A stretch of 55,147 nucleotides of DNA from Octopus sinensis (GCF_006345805.1 NW_021833788.1:1-55147); one strand, 5' to 3'. Counted from the first letter of the stretch, positions 25,296 to 38,383 are shown. Made by a program: numbers and translations. The notes: generated from the sequence alone by a model not told the origin.

Positions 25296-28200
25296 TAAGT
25301 ATGTTTTTGATAGGTGCAGCATGGGCATTTAAGTATGATTTTGATAGGTGCAGTATGGGCATTTATGTATGCTTTTCATAGGTGCAGCATGGGCATTTAA
25401 GTATGTTTTTGATAGGTGCAGCATGGGCATTTAAGTATGTTTTTGATAGGTGCAGCATGGGCATTTAAGTATGTATTTGATAGGTGCAGCATGGGCATTT
25501 AAGTATGTTTTTGATAGGTGCAGCATGGGCATTTAAGTATGATTTTGATAGGTGCAGCATGGGCATTTAAGTATGTTTTTGATAGGTGCAGCATGGGCAT
25601 TTAAGTATGATTTTGATAGGTGCAGCATGGGCATTTAAGTATGTTTTTGATAGGTGCAGCATGGGCATTTAAGTATGATTTTGATAGGTGCAGCATGGGC
25701 ATTTAAGTATGATTTTGATAGGTGCAGCATGGGTATTTAAGTATGTTTTTGATAGGTGCAGCATGGGCATTTAAGTATGTTTTGATAGGTGCAGCATGGG
25801 CATTTAAGTATGTATTTGATAGGTGCAGCATGGGCATTTAAGTATGTTTTTGATAGGTGCAGCATGGGCATTTAAGTATGTTTTTGATAGGTGCAGCATG
25901 GGCATTTAAATATGTTTTTGATAGGTACAGCATGGGCATTTAAGTATGTATTTGATAGGTGCAGCATGGGCATTTAAGTATGTTTTTGATAGGTGCAGCA
26001 TGGGCATTTAAGTATGTATTTGATAGGTGCAGCATGGGCGTTTAAGTATGTTTTTGATAGGTGCAGCATGGGCATTTAAGTATGTTTTTGATAGGTGCAG
26101 CATGGGCATTTAAGTATGTTTTTGATAGGTGCAGCATGGGCATTTAAGTATGTTTTGATAGGTGCAGCATGGGCATTTAAGTATGATTTTGATAGGTGCA
26201 GCATGGGCATTTAAGTATGATTTTGATAGGTGCAGCATGGGCATTTAAGTATGATTTTGATAGGTGCAGCATGGGCATTTAAGTATGTTTTTGATAGGTG
26301 CAGCATGGGCATTTAAGTATGTTTTGATAGGTGCAGCATGGGCATTTAAGTATGTATTTGATAGGTGCAGCATGGGCATTTAAGTATGTTTTTGATAGGT
26401 GCAGCATGGGCATTTAAGTATGTTTTTGATAGGAGCAGCATGGGCATTTAAGTATGTTTTTGATAGGTGCAGCATGGGCATTTAAGTATGTTTTGATAGG
26501 TGCAGCATGGGCATTTAAGTATGATTTTGATAGGTGCAGCATGGGCATTTAAGTATGATTTTGACAGGTGCAGCATGGGCATTTAAGTATGATTTTGATA
26601 GGTGCAGCATGGGCATTTAAGTATGATTTTGATAGGTGCAGCATGGGCATTTAAGTATGTTTTTGATAGGTGCAGCATGGGCATTTAAGTATGTTTTGAT
26701 AGGTGCAGCATGGGCATTTAAGTATGTTTTGATAGGTGCAGCATGGGCATTTAAGTATGTTTTTGATAGGTGCAGCATGGGCATTTAAGTATGTTTTTGA
26801 TAGGTGCAGCATGGGCATTAAGTATGTTTTTGATAGGTACAGCATGGGCATTTAAGTATGTATTTGATAGGTGCAGCATGGGCATTAAGTATGTTTTTGA
26901 TAGGTGCAGCATGGGCATTTAAATATGTTTTTGATAGGTGCAGCATGGGCATTTAAGTATGTTTTTGATAGGTGCAGCATGGGCATTTAAGTATGATTTT
27001 GATAGGTGCAGCATGGGCATTTAAGTATGTTTTGATAGGTGCAGCATGGCATTTAAGTATGTATTTGATAGGTGCAGCATGGGCATTTAAGTATGATTTT
27101 GATAGGTGCAGCATGGGCATTTAAGTATGTTTTTGATAGGTGCAGCATGGGCATTTAAGTATGTTTTTGATAGGTGCAGCATGGGCATTTAAGTATGATT
27201 TTGATAGGTGCAGCATGGGCATTTAAGTATGTTTTTGATAGGTGCAGCATGGGCATTTAAGTATGATTTTGATAGGTGCAGCATGGGCATTTAAGTATGT
27301 TTTGATAGGTGCAGCATGGGCATTTAAGTATGTATTTGATAGGTGCAGCATGGGCATTAAGTATGTTTTTGATAGGTGCAGCATGGGCATTTAAGTATGT
27401 TTTTGATAGGTGCAGCATGGGCATTTAAGTATGTATTTGATAGGTGCAGCATGGGCATTTAAGTATGTTTTTGATAGGTGCAGCATGGGCATTTAAGTAT
27501 GTTTTTGATAGGTACAGCATGGGCATTTAAGTATGTATTTGATAGGTGCAGCATGGGCTTTTAAGTATGTATTTGATAGGTGCAGCATGGGCATTTAAGT
27601 ATGTATTTGATAGGTGCAGCATGGGCATTTAAGTATGTTTTTGATAGGTGCAGCATGGGCATTTAAATATGTTTTTGATAGGTGCAGCATGGGCATTTAA
27701 GTATGTTTTTGATAGGTGCAGCATGGGCATTTAAGTATGATTTTGATAGGTGCAGCATGGGCATTTAAGTATGTTTTTGATAGGTGCAGCATGGGCATTT
27801 AAGTATGTATTTGATAGGTGCAGCATGGGCATTTAAGTATGATTTTGATAGGTGCAGCATGGGCATTTAAGTATGTTTTTGATAGGTGCAGCATGGGCAT
27901 TTAAGTATGTATTTGATAGGTGCAGCATGGGCATTTAAGTATGATTTTGATAGGTGCAGCATGGGCATTTAAGTATGTATTTGATAGGTGCAGCATGGGC
28001 ATTTAAGTATGTTTTTGATAGGTGCAGATGGGCATTTAAGTATGTATTTGATAGGTGCAGCATGGGCATTTAAGTATGATTTTGATAGGTGCAGCATGGG
28101 CATTTAAGTATGTTTTTGATAGGTGCAGCATGGGCATTTAAGTATGTTTTTGATAGGTGCAGCATGGGCATTTAAGTATGTATTTGATAGGTGCAGCATG

Positions 28201-31200
28201 GGCATTTAAGTATGTTTTTGATAGGTACAGCATGGGCATTTAAGTATGTATTTGATAGGTGCAGCATGGGCTTTTAAGTATGTATTTGATAGGTGCAGCA
28301 TGGGCATTTAAGTATGTATTTGATAGGTGCAGCATGGGCATTAAGTATGTTTTTGATAGGTGCAGCATGGGCATTTAAATATGTTTTTGATAGGTGCAGC
28401 ATGGGCATTTAAGTATGTTTTTGATAGGTGCAGCATGGGCATTTAAGTATGATTTTGATATGTGCAGCATGGGCATTTAAGTATGTTTTTGATAGGTGCA
28501 GCATGGGCATTTAAGTATGTATTTGATAGGTGCAGCATGGGCATTTAAGTATGATTTTGATAGGTGCAGCATGGGCATTTAAGTATGTATTTGATAGGTG
28601 CAGCATGGGCATTTAAGTATGTTTTTGATAGGTGCAGCATGGGCATTTAAGTATGTTTTTGATAGGTGCAGCATGGGCATTTAAGTATGTATTTGATAGG
28701 TGCAGCATGGGCATTTAAGTATGTTTTTGATAGGTGCAGCATGGGCATTTAAGTATGTATTTGATAGGTGCAGCATGGGCGTTTAAGTATGTTTTTGATA
28801 GGTGCAGCATGGGCATTTAAGTATGTTTTGATAGGTACAGCATGGGCATTTAAGTATGATTTTGATAGGTGCAGCATGGGCATTTAAGTATGATTTTGAT
28901 AGGTGCAGCATGGGCATTTAAGTATGATTTTGATAGGTGCAGCATGGGCATTTAAGTATGATTTTGATAGGTGCAGCATGGGCATTTAAGTATGTTTTTG
29001 ATAGGTGCAGCATGGGCATTTAAGTATGTTTTTGATAGGTGCAGCATGGGCATTTAAGTATGTATTTGATAGGTGCAGCATGGGCATTTAAGTATGTTTT
29101 TGATAGGTGCAGCATGGGCATTTAAATATGTTTTTGATAGGTACAGCATGGGCATTTAAGTATGTATTTGATAGGTGCAGCATGGGCATTTAAGTATGTT
29201 TTTGATAGGTGCAGCATGGGCATTTAAATATGTTTTTGATAGGTGCAGCATGGGCATTTAAGTATGTTTTTGATAGGTGCAGCATGGGCATTTAAGTATG
29301 ATTTTGATAGGTGCAGCATGGGCATTTAAGTATGTTTTTGATAGGTGCAGCATGGGCATTTAAGTATGTATTTGATAGGTGCAGCATGGGCATTTAAGTA
29401 TGATTTTGATAGGTGCAGCATGGGCATTTAAGTATGTTTTTGATAGGTGCAGCATGGGCATTTAAGTATGTATTTGATAGGTGCAGCATGGGCATTTAAG
29501 TATGTTTTTGATAGGTGCAGCATGGGCATTTAAGTATGTATTTGATAGGTGCAGCATGGGCATTTAAGTATGTTTTTGATAGGTGCAGCATGGGCATTTA
29601 AGTATGTATTTGATAGGTGCAGCATGGGCATTTAAGTATGTTTTTGATAGGTGCAGCATGGGCATTTAAGTATGATTTTGATAGGTGCAGTATGGGCATT
29701 TATGTATGCTTTTCATAGGTGCAGCATGGGCATTTAAGTATGTTTTTGATAGGTGCAGCATGGGCATTTAAGTATGTTTTTGATAGGTGCAGCATGGGCA
29801 TTTAAGTATGTATTTGATAGGTGCAGCATGGGCATTTAAGTATGTTTTTGATAGGTGCAGCATGGGCATTTAAGTATGATTTTGATAGGTGCAGCATGGG
29901 CATTTAAGTATGATTTTGATAGGTGCAGCATGGGCATTTAAGTATGTATTTGATAGGTGCAGCATGGGCATTTAAGTATGTTTTTGATAGGTGCAGCATG
30001 GGCATTTAAGTATGTTTTTGATAGGTGCAGCATGGGCATTTAAGTATGATTTTGATAGGTGCAGCATGGGCATTTAAGTATGTTTTTGATAGGTGCAGCA
30101 TGGGCATTTAAGTATGTATTTGATAGGTGCAGCATGGGCATTTAAGTATGTTTTTGATAGGTGCAGCATGGGCATTTAAGTATGATTTTGATAGGTGCAG
30201 CATGGGCATTTAAGTATGTTTTTGATAGGTGCAGCATGGGCATTTAAGTATGATTTTGATAGGTGCAGCATGGGCATTTAAGTATGATTTTGATAGGTGC
30301 AGCATGGGCATTTAAGTATGTATTTGATAGGTGCAGCATGGGCATTTAAGTATGTTTTTGATAGGTGCAGCATGGGCATTTAAGTATGATTTTGATAGGT
30401 GCAGCATGGGCATTTAAGTATGTTTTTGATAGGTGCAGCATGGGCATTTAAGTATGATTTTGATAGGTGCAGCATGGGCATTTAAGTATGATTTTGATAG
30501 GTGCAGCATGGGCATTTAAGTATGATTTTGATAGGTGCAGCATGGGCATTTAAGTATGTTTTTGATAGGTGCAGCATGGGCATTTAAGTATGTTTTGATA
30601 GGTGCAGCATGGGCATTTAAGTATGTATTTGATAGGTGCAGCATGGGCATTTAAGTATGATTTTGATAGGTGCAGCATGGGCATTTAAGTATGTTTTTGA
30701 TAGGTGCAGCATGGGCATTTAAATATGTTTTTGATAGGTACAGCATGGGCATTTAAGTATGTATTTGATAGGTGCAGCATGGGCTTTTAAGTATGTTTTT
30801 GATAGGTGCAGCATGGGCATTTAAGTATGTATTTGATAGGTGCAGCATGGGCATTTAAGTATGTTTTTCATAGGTGCAGCATGGGCATTTAAGTATGTTT
30901 TTGATAGGTGCAGCATGGGCATTTAAATATGTTTTTGATAGGTACAGCATGGGCATTTAAGTATGTATTTGATAGGTGCAGCATGGGCTTTTAAGTATGT
31001 TTTTGATAGGTGCAGCATGGGCATTTAAATATGTTTTTGATAGGTGCAGCATGGGCATTTAAGTATGTTTTTGATAGGTGCAGCATGGGCATTTAAGTAT
31101 GATTTTGATAGGTGCAGCATGGGCATTTAAGTATGTTTTTGATAGGTGCAGCATGGGCATTTAAGTATGTATTTGATAGGTGCAGCATGGGCGTTTAAGT

Positions 31201-31720
31201 ATGTTTTTGATAGGTGCAGCATGGGCATTTAAGTATGTATTTGATAGGTGCAGCAGGGCATTTAAGTATGATTTTGATAGGTGCAGCATGGCATTTAAGT
31301 ATGTTTTTGATAGGTGCAGCATGGGCATTTAAGTATGTATTTGATAGGTGCAGCATGGGCATTTAAGTATGTTTTTGATAGGTGCAGCATGGGCATTTAA
31401 GTATGTTTTTGATAGGTGCAGCATGGGCATTTAAGTATGTTTTTGATAGGTGCAGCATGGGCATTTAAGTATGATTTTGATAGGTGCAGCATGGGCATTT
31501 AAGTATGTTTTTGATAGGTGCAGCACAGGCATTTAAGTATGATGTGGATAGGAGAAGCATGTGCATTTAATTATGTTTTTGACAGCAGCAACTTGGGCAT
31601 CTAAGTATGTTTTTGACAGGATCGGCATGAGCATTTAAGTATGTTTTTAACATGAGCAGCATGTACATTTAAGTACCTTCTTTACAGGTGCAGCATAGGC
31701 ATTTAAGTATGCTCTTGACA
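25296..31720. repeat. 34-bp minisatellite array, about 183 homogeneous copies plus a degenerate right edge
   Basis: Unit GGCATTTAAGTATGTTTTTGATAGGTGCAGCATG with period 34; homogeneous to about 31525, decaying to about 31800; no spacers. Confidence 0.98.
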
Positions 31721-31988
31721 GCTGCATAGATTTCAAAATTTATATTTTACAGGTATAGTGTGGCTGTCAAGATATCTTTTAGTGTAGTGCTTCAATCATA
31801 GGTGCAGTCTAGCAATCAACTGGGCTGCAAAGGGCAAGAGCAAAGGCTCTTCCCTTTATAGCAAACCAATAATGAAGAAGAAACATGTGCAGTGTAACAA
31901 GCAAGGTATGATTTTTTAAAAGTGCAATGTGGTGCAAATCAAGTACATTGTTTGGCTATTAAGAAAGACACATACAAGAAATACTTAC

Positions 31989-32148
31989 GAGTTGCTTGTG
32001 CAATCAAATCACTCTCAATCTGAGCCCTGGTTATCTTGTTTGAAGTAACACTGGTTTTCCCCTTTAGACTATTCATTTCTTCATCGTGTAACTGTTTCAG
32101 TTGTTGCTTACGTTCTAAGGTCTCGATACGCTTACGGTCTCTGTCATC
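31989..32148 (-). CDS. CCDC124: CCDC124 coding exon 2
   Basis: Acceptor tttgcag and donor gtaagt; DDRDRKRIETLERKQQLKQLHDEEMNSLKGKTSVTSNKITRAQIESDLIAQAT matches the family pattern ...LERK...LKG...KVTRAQIE; phase 0 in, phase 1 out. Confidence 0.93.
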
Positions 32149-32214
32149 CTGCAAACAGGGTGTTATAGAAATGTAGATGTGTAGTATGTATATGTTTGTA
32201 TATAGATATGTATG

Positions 32215-32640
32215 TTTGGAAATTGTAGTTGTGATACCTGTGCCGGTGGCATGTAAAATGCACCATCTGTGCATGGCTGATGCCAGCACCCAGCGCTGCC
32301 TTGACTGGCTTCCATGCCGGTGGCACGTAAAAGGCACCAACTGATTGTGGCCGTTGCCAGCCTATCCTAGCACGTAAAAAGCACCATCCGTACGTGGTTG
32401 ATGCCAGCGTCGCCTTGACTGGCTTCCGTGCCGGTGGCACATAAAAAGCACCAGCCTTGCCTGGCACATAAAAAGCACTCACTACACTCACGGAGTGGTT
32501 GGCGTAAGGGCATCCAGCTGTAGAAACACTGCCAGATTAGACTATAGCCTGGTGCAGCCTCCTGGCTTCCCAGACCCCGGTCGAACCGTCCAACCCATGC
32601 TAGCATGGAAAACGGACATTAAACAATGATGATGATGATG
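32215..32640 (+). mobile_element. RTE 3' UTR/tail fragment
   Basis: Family sequence with a (GAT)n tail. Confidence 0.8.
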
Positions 32641-32827
32641 TATACATATTTGCCATGTAAAAAGCACTCAATATATTAAGTGGTTGTATTAGGAAGGGCA
32701 TCCAGCTGAAGAAACCATGCCAAAGCAGACACAGAATCTGACAAAGCCTTAAGCTTCACCTGTTCTTGTTGGGCCGTTCAACCCATACCAGCATGAAAAA
32801 GGGGATGTTGCATTGAACAGATGATGT

Positions 32828-32983
32828 AAATCAGTTTATTTATTTACATATGCGTTTACAAGTATGGATGACTATCGTTTATTTCAGTTTATGCATGAGT
32901 GTGTGTGTGTGTGTGTGTATAAACTGAAATAAATGACAGACATCCATACTTGTAAATGCATATATAAATAAATAAACTGATTT
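32828..32983. repeat. Fold-back inverted repeat, ~65-bp arms with a (GT)n loop
   Basis: The arms are reverse complements with about 5 mismatches. Confidence 0.9.
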
Positions 32984-33199
32984 GAGTTGATAATCTCATA
33001 CTAGCACACATATGCACGCATAAACTTAAGCAGTAAGCATCCATACACCTACACACATGAATATACACTCACACATAAACTAAAACAGACCAAAGACATG
33101 CATGTTTTGTAAAATCTTTTATTTTATTTTTATTATTAATTTATTATTATTTCATTTTTATTATTCATTATTAATCTTTATTTTTATTCTTATATACTT

Positions 33200-33790
33200 C
33201 ATTATTATTATTATTATTATTATTATTGAGTGAGAGAGAAGTGCATGCCATCAAAGTGACACTGGGGTACAAATATACGAAGCCCAGTATACCCATCATG
33301 ACTACCCGTCTGATAAGGGTACACCAGGCGCACATGCATCACAACCATATGTGCACGACATGGTGATCTCATAACAAGATAAACAGCGCATGACCTTGCG
33401 GGTAGGGCCCAGTTAGAATTTTCTTCTGGTTGGGTAACCCATCCCACTCAAAAGGTCCCTGATTAAGGGTTGTTTAAGGATGTTGAATGAAACACCCATG
33501 TTTCCAGAGGTGAATCATTCAAATCCCAAAGAATCCCTCTCAACACATGGCTATGATGCTCCCCCACTACTTCTGCTCATGATCAGAGATGCATATATCA
33601 TCAGCCACTAAGGGACATGCTCAACTGGTTACGGTCAAACAACTGACAAGCAAATCTGTGGTATTGAGCAGAATATTTGCTGTAGCCCATCTTTTATACC
33701 AAGACAAAACAATGTACATGATAACACTTCCAGTCAGTTAAGATCAGAAGTCATGAGAGCCACTGCCTGATACTGCATCAGGGCATTTAG
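33200..33790 (-). mobile_element. Retroposon (SINE or LINE 3' end) with (AAT)n tail
   Basis: A (TTA)n run on + abuts a compositionally distinct, more GC-rich 560-bp block; family not established. Confidence 0.5.
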
Positions 33791-34231
33791 TATATTGAAA
33801 TAAATATTAATGCATGCATGCACACACACCTACATAATAAACACGCTTTCATCAACTTAGTCTGTAGGAATATCTCAAAAGATCAACATGTAAACTTCAT
33901 AATGTCCTTTGCCCTGAAAATATTTCACTCAAAATCTTCAAAATGCAAACTTATATTATTATCATTATTAAATGTTTTGCAGTCTGCGTTGGGTGTGAAT
34001 TGAAATAATTGTAGGCAATGTTAATTAATTAATAAATTAATTTATATCTATTAAATCTCTCCATTTCTTTCTTTTAAATATTTGATATTTTTATAATATA
34101 TTCATTGAAGAAATATCTCTTCAAAATATAAAAGAATAAACCAGTGTAACTTGGATAAAACTATTCCAATAAGAAGTTTAAATATCCTTAATGTGACTTA
34201 TATGTATGTGTGTGTGTATATATATATATAT

Positions 34232-34625
34232 TATGGCTGCCCCCTCGTTATCGAGTATGGCCATTGCATGAAGCTTAACTGTTATTGGTGCTGTGATCGA
34301 ATGTGACTTTTTAGCGCAGCTAAAGATCTACAATGTCTGGACAAGAATTGGCAGCTAAAACCTTTACTGGCAATAGCCATCTGTAGTTGTAACTGGGCTT
34401 CATGTACCTATGCATGTTGTTTAAGTCCTCCTGCCAAATTACACTCTCTTCCACATGCCTGACAGATATGATTAGTATGGTGTGTAACAGCACCACCAGT
34501 GGCCAGGTTGTCACTCATATGTCTTGCTTTATGACTACAAAGATGACTTTTGAGTCCAGCTTCACTGAGGCAGGGTCTTGCACAGACACTGCATGTCAGA
34601 ATCAAAGGAAGACCCTTCCCTTCTG
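34232..34625 (-). mobile_element. LINE 3' end (RTE-type) with C-terminal C2H2-like zinc fingers
   Basis: CSVCARPCLSEAGLKSHLCSH and HICQACGRECNLAGGLKQH. Confidence 0.65.
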
Positions 34626-36150
34626 GAACTTTAACAGCGATGCCCTTCCTGATGCCCTGGTTGGTTGGAGTATTATTTGCGCCATGTACAGAGTGTTGAT
34701 GAGGTTTAGGAGGGACCTCACCTGTCCTCGTTCGCATCGTGTCATTCCTGGGAGAGAAAGGCCCTCGGGCCATCTGACATTGGGCAGATTGAAGTCTCCC
34801 ATAAGAAGTACACTTATGTGTTGTTCTAATGTGACTAGAACTTCTATTTTTATAAGGCAGTCTTCAAACTTGCCTACATGGCTTGGGGCATCTGGAGGGC
34901 GATATGTAGCTCATATAACTACACCAAGTTGCCTTATATGTACAATTAGTGTGTCACACACCGAGTTTGAGTATGACAAAAGGACCTGGGGTGTGAGGTC
35001 CTCGCGGATGTACATAGCAACTCCTCCATGACTCCTTTCTTTTCTGTCGGTCCGTAGTACAACATACTTTGGTATGTGTATTTCTGCATCTGCTATGTCC
35101 AGTTTCAGGTGTGTTTCCGTAAGTGCTATGCATAAGGCTTGATTGCATGCAACAAGGTCTCTCAAGAAAGGGATTTTTGTCTTGTTACTGAGTGTTAGCA
35201 GTCCTCTGATGTTCAGTAAGAGCATCGAGGTGATGTGTGTGCTGTTGCCACCTTGGGTCTATTTGCTGTGGCGGTCTTGTGCATTGTGGATAGTCCCATC
35301 TGCGAGTTTGAGTTTGATGGAGCCAGGTTAGCTGCTGTACGATCTTTTGTGCCATGCACAAAAAGATTCTTGTTCAGCAGATGCCCTTTGAATAACATGT
35401 TGGTGGTTTGTAGCACGCACTACATCTGCGTACCTCTGTTTTGGGGTAGGTGGTGCATAGTCCATTCCTTTTCCTTTTGGTAGTTGGTTTCTGCCCTGTT
35501 TCATGTTTATGAGGCAGGGTCTTTGGTGTGCAAAACGGCAGCCTGCACCTTCCTCTCCATGCCAGCAGACACCTTTCTGGTAGAATTTATACATTCGTGT
35601 GCGCTGTCTCTTTCTATCCTTTTTGGTATATGGATAGTCAGGTTTGCTTCTATCCTTGGCTGTTTCATCTTTTGGTTTTGTTTGAATTTTAGTTTTTCCT
35701 TCTTTGGCTGTTTCATCTTTTGCTTTTCTTTTAGTTTTTCCTCCTTTTACTTCTTTTTTGGCTCTTTCATCTCCATGGTTTTGGCTTTTGGTGCTGGTAG
35801 GGGCACTTGCACTTGGGTTTACTTCCCGGGCAGGTTTCTCACTTGAATCTTCTTTGTTGTCCTGGGTGTCTACCAAGTGCAGGTGACATCTTTCATCAGC
35901 ACCCGTGCCTCCATCCTTGCCATCTTTACTGTGTTCATTGTCAAAGATGGCATCAAGCGTACCGATGTGGGATCTTATGAGTGCATAGGAGCATATAAAC
36001 TCCTGCTTCTTTCTCTCTATCTGTGCTAACGTCCTTGTGTATCAACTGCTCTTCAGCGCAGCTGTAATTATGTTGTTCAGATTATCTCCATCGGCGCATC
36101 CCCAGGCTCTCTGGAACAACGTCAATTCCATGCTCCTCCAGGTTCTGGAC
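34625..36150 (-). mobile_element. CR1-like LINE 5' part: ORF1 remnant and APE endonuclease
   Basis: LLLNIRGL, ALTETHL, GGVAMYIRE, YRPP and MGDFNLP; upstream Lys-rich ORF 35328-35876 with a decayed CCCH-like motif (KFYQKGVCWHG...CRFAH). Confidence 0.85.
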
Positions 36151-36189
36151 ATTTTTGGATATTTTATTTATTTATCTATCTAATTATAT

Positions 36190-37085
36190 TTAAAATTTAA
36201 TAGTGAGATAGAGGGTAGAGAAGAAATAGAGAAAGAAAGTGTCTATGTATTTAGGGAGATTGAGAGCTGAGAGAAGATAAGAGAGTAAGAGAGAGTGAAA
36301 GTTCGCGTCTATATATTTAGAAAGATTGAGAGGCAGAGAGAGGAAAGATGGTGTGACAGAGAGAAGTGAAGAGACAGAGAAAGAGGCGTGAGGGAGAGAA
36401 GTGAAGAGACAGAGAGAGAAAGAAATGAAAGAGAGGTAGTCATGCAACAAATAAATATATATCTATATGCAGCTACAAAAGTTCTCTTCTAAGCTAATTA
36501 TAAATATCTATCTATCCGCAACTACGAGAGAAGTGAAGGGGAGAAGTGAAGAGACAGAGAGAGAAAGAAATGAAAGAGAGGAGGTCATGCAACAAATAAA
36601 TATATATCTATCTGCAGCTACAAAAGTTCTCTTCTAAGCTAAATATAAATATTTATCTATCCGCAACTACGAGAGAAGTGAAGGGGAGAAGTGAAGAGAC
36701 AGAGAGAGCAAGAAATATATATATACCTATCTGCAGCTACGAAAGTTCTACGAGAGTTTTCTTCTGAACTAATTATGACTATATTTCTAATGTTTGCGTC
36801 TATATATTTAGGAAGATTGAGAGGCTGAGTAAAAATAAAGAAAAATATATACATATAAATAAAGCAACAAATAAATATACACCTATCTAAAGTTGAATAA
36901 TTATAAAGAGATATAGTGAGAAATTGACAAAAACGAAGCTGAAACAGAAATTGAAAGATTATTAACAGAATGTAAATTATAAATATATACCTATCCGTAG
37001 ATACGAAAGTTTTCTTCTAAACTAATTGCGACTATACTTCTAATGTTCACGTCTATATATTTAGGAAGATTGAGGGGCTGAGTTT
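36190..37085. repeat. AG-rich complex tandem repeat
   Basis: Recurrent modules ctatctgcagctacaaaagttctcttctaagcta, gagaagtgaagagacagaga and gcgtctatatatttaggaagattgagaggctgag. Confidence 0.7.
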
Positions 37086-37102
37086 AATAGTATATCTATT
37101 CA

Positions 37103-37735
37103 ACAAAATATTATAATAATCCAGGTTTCTCGGAGCACTAGGCCACTTGGTGTTGAATAGATATACTATTAAATTAGTATCTAATTCTCTCACCCTTATT
37201 AATTAATTATAATTATGCTGCATTTATTCTAAATGCTGTATTTGTTTTCCGTGAAAGTTTGGCGCGCTGTTAGTTGGGGGCATTTGAATTATAACGTCGG
37301 ATGTAATCAATTGAACCACACGCGTATTTATCGTTATGGTAAAATCTGGCGTGTGATTGAGTGGATTTCATCCAGATAGTTTTGGCTGACGAGCTACAAG
37401 TGGATTTTTTGTAAGTAAAATTACATTTAATTCATTAATAGCGAAACAATTGTCCCAAAATAATCTGTATTTTTGTTATTTTTTATTTGCCCTGTCCGTG
37501 TGAGCTAGCAATCGTACTGACTTTCATGGGAAACATGTATTTTTGTGGTCGAAACCTTTTGGATTAACTGGTGCTAGAGTGAGCCATATAGTGACCACTC
37601 TCTTATATTTATTTTGTAAAAATATTATAATATATTATAAAATATTATAATAATCCAGGTTTCTCGGAGCACTAGGCCACTTGGTGTTGAATAGATATAC
37701 TATTAAATTAGTATCTAATTCTCTCACCCTTATTA
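37103..37735. mobile_element. Element with ~97-bp identical direct repeats (37103-37200 and 37640-37735)
   Basis: aaaatattataataatccaggtttctcggagcactaggccac...ctcacccttatt occurs twice; related to the termini at 49401 and 51740. Confidence 0.7.
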
Positions 37736-37828
37736 TTAATTATATATGTATATATATAATATATATGTATATATATATAATTATATATATATTATATATA
37801 TATATATATAGTATATATAATATATATG

Positions 37829-37874
<46 letters not shown>

Positions 37875-38160
37875 GTAATTATTATATGTATATGTATATA
37901 TATAATATATATGTATCTATTATATGTATATATTATATAATATAAGTATATATATATGTATATATATATAATGTATATAATTAATATGTATATATATATG
38001 TATTATATATATATATATTATATATGTATATATATGATATGTATATATATATGTATATATATGTATATATATATGTAATATATATATATAAGGTATATAT
38101 ATATGTATAATATATATATATGTATATATATATGTATATATATATGTATTCTATATAATG

Positions 38161-38191
<31 letters not shown>

Positions 38192-38240
38192 TATATATTA
38201 TATATATAATTGTATATATATATGTATATATATATATTAT

Positions 38241-38281
<41 letters not shown>

Positions 38282-38284
38282 GTA

Positions 38285-38318
<34 letters not shown>

Positions 38319-38347
38319 TATATATGTTATAATATATATATATATAT

Positions 38348-38383
<36 letters not shown>

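Larger units (their letters stand above)
22689..25297 (+). mobile_element. Decayed mariner (Tc1/mariner) transposon with three nested retro-insertions
   Basis: Left end TA-CGAGGGGGTGTTCATTAAAGACTTCCCCTGAC and right TIR ...GTCGGAGGAAATCTTTGATAAATGCCCCT. Transposase remnants MEAVECRSVIR, MKEVYG, RKLSA*WIPWMLT, GKVM, GTTINGAYY and APSDSHLF. TA duplication at 22689 and 25296. Confidence 0.85.

Noticed and set aside
26651-26851. ORF inside the minisatellite
   Set aside because: It is a by-product of single-base indels in a 34-bp unit, which is not a multiple of 3.
25296-31525. CRISPR-like array (34-bp repeats)
   Set aside because: Units are head-to-tail with no unique spacers, there are no cas genes, and the context is a eukaryotic intron.
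31939-32340. The 133-aa ORF as a standalone gene (likewise 18264-18449)
   Set aside because: Only the splice-bounded CCDC124 exon portion is coding; the rest is intron or repeat read-through.
34408-34600. Host C2H2 zinc-finger gene exon
   Set aside because: The spacing is irregular, there is no TGEKP linker, no splice context is evident, and it sits at a LINE 3' end.
37384-37440. Hammerhead-like CTGACGA-GCTACAA...TTGTAAG-TAAAATTA
   Set aside because: It lacks GAAA and a convincing stem I; it could only be rescued by a family consensus.
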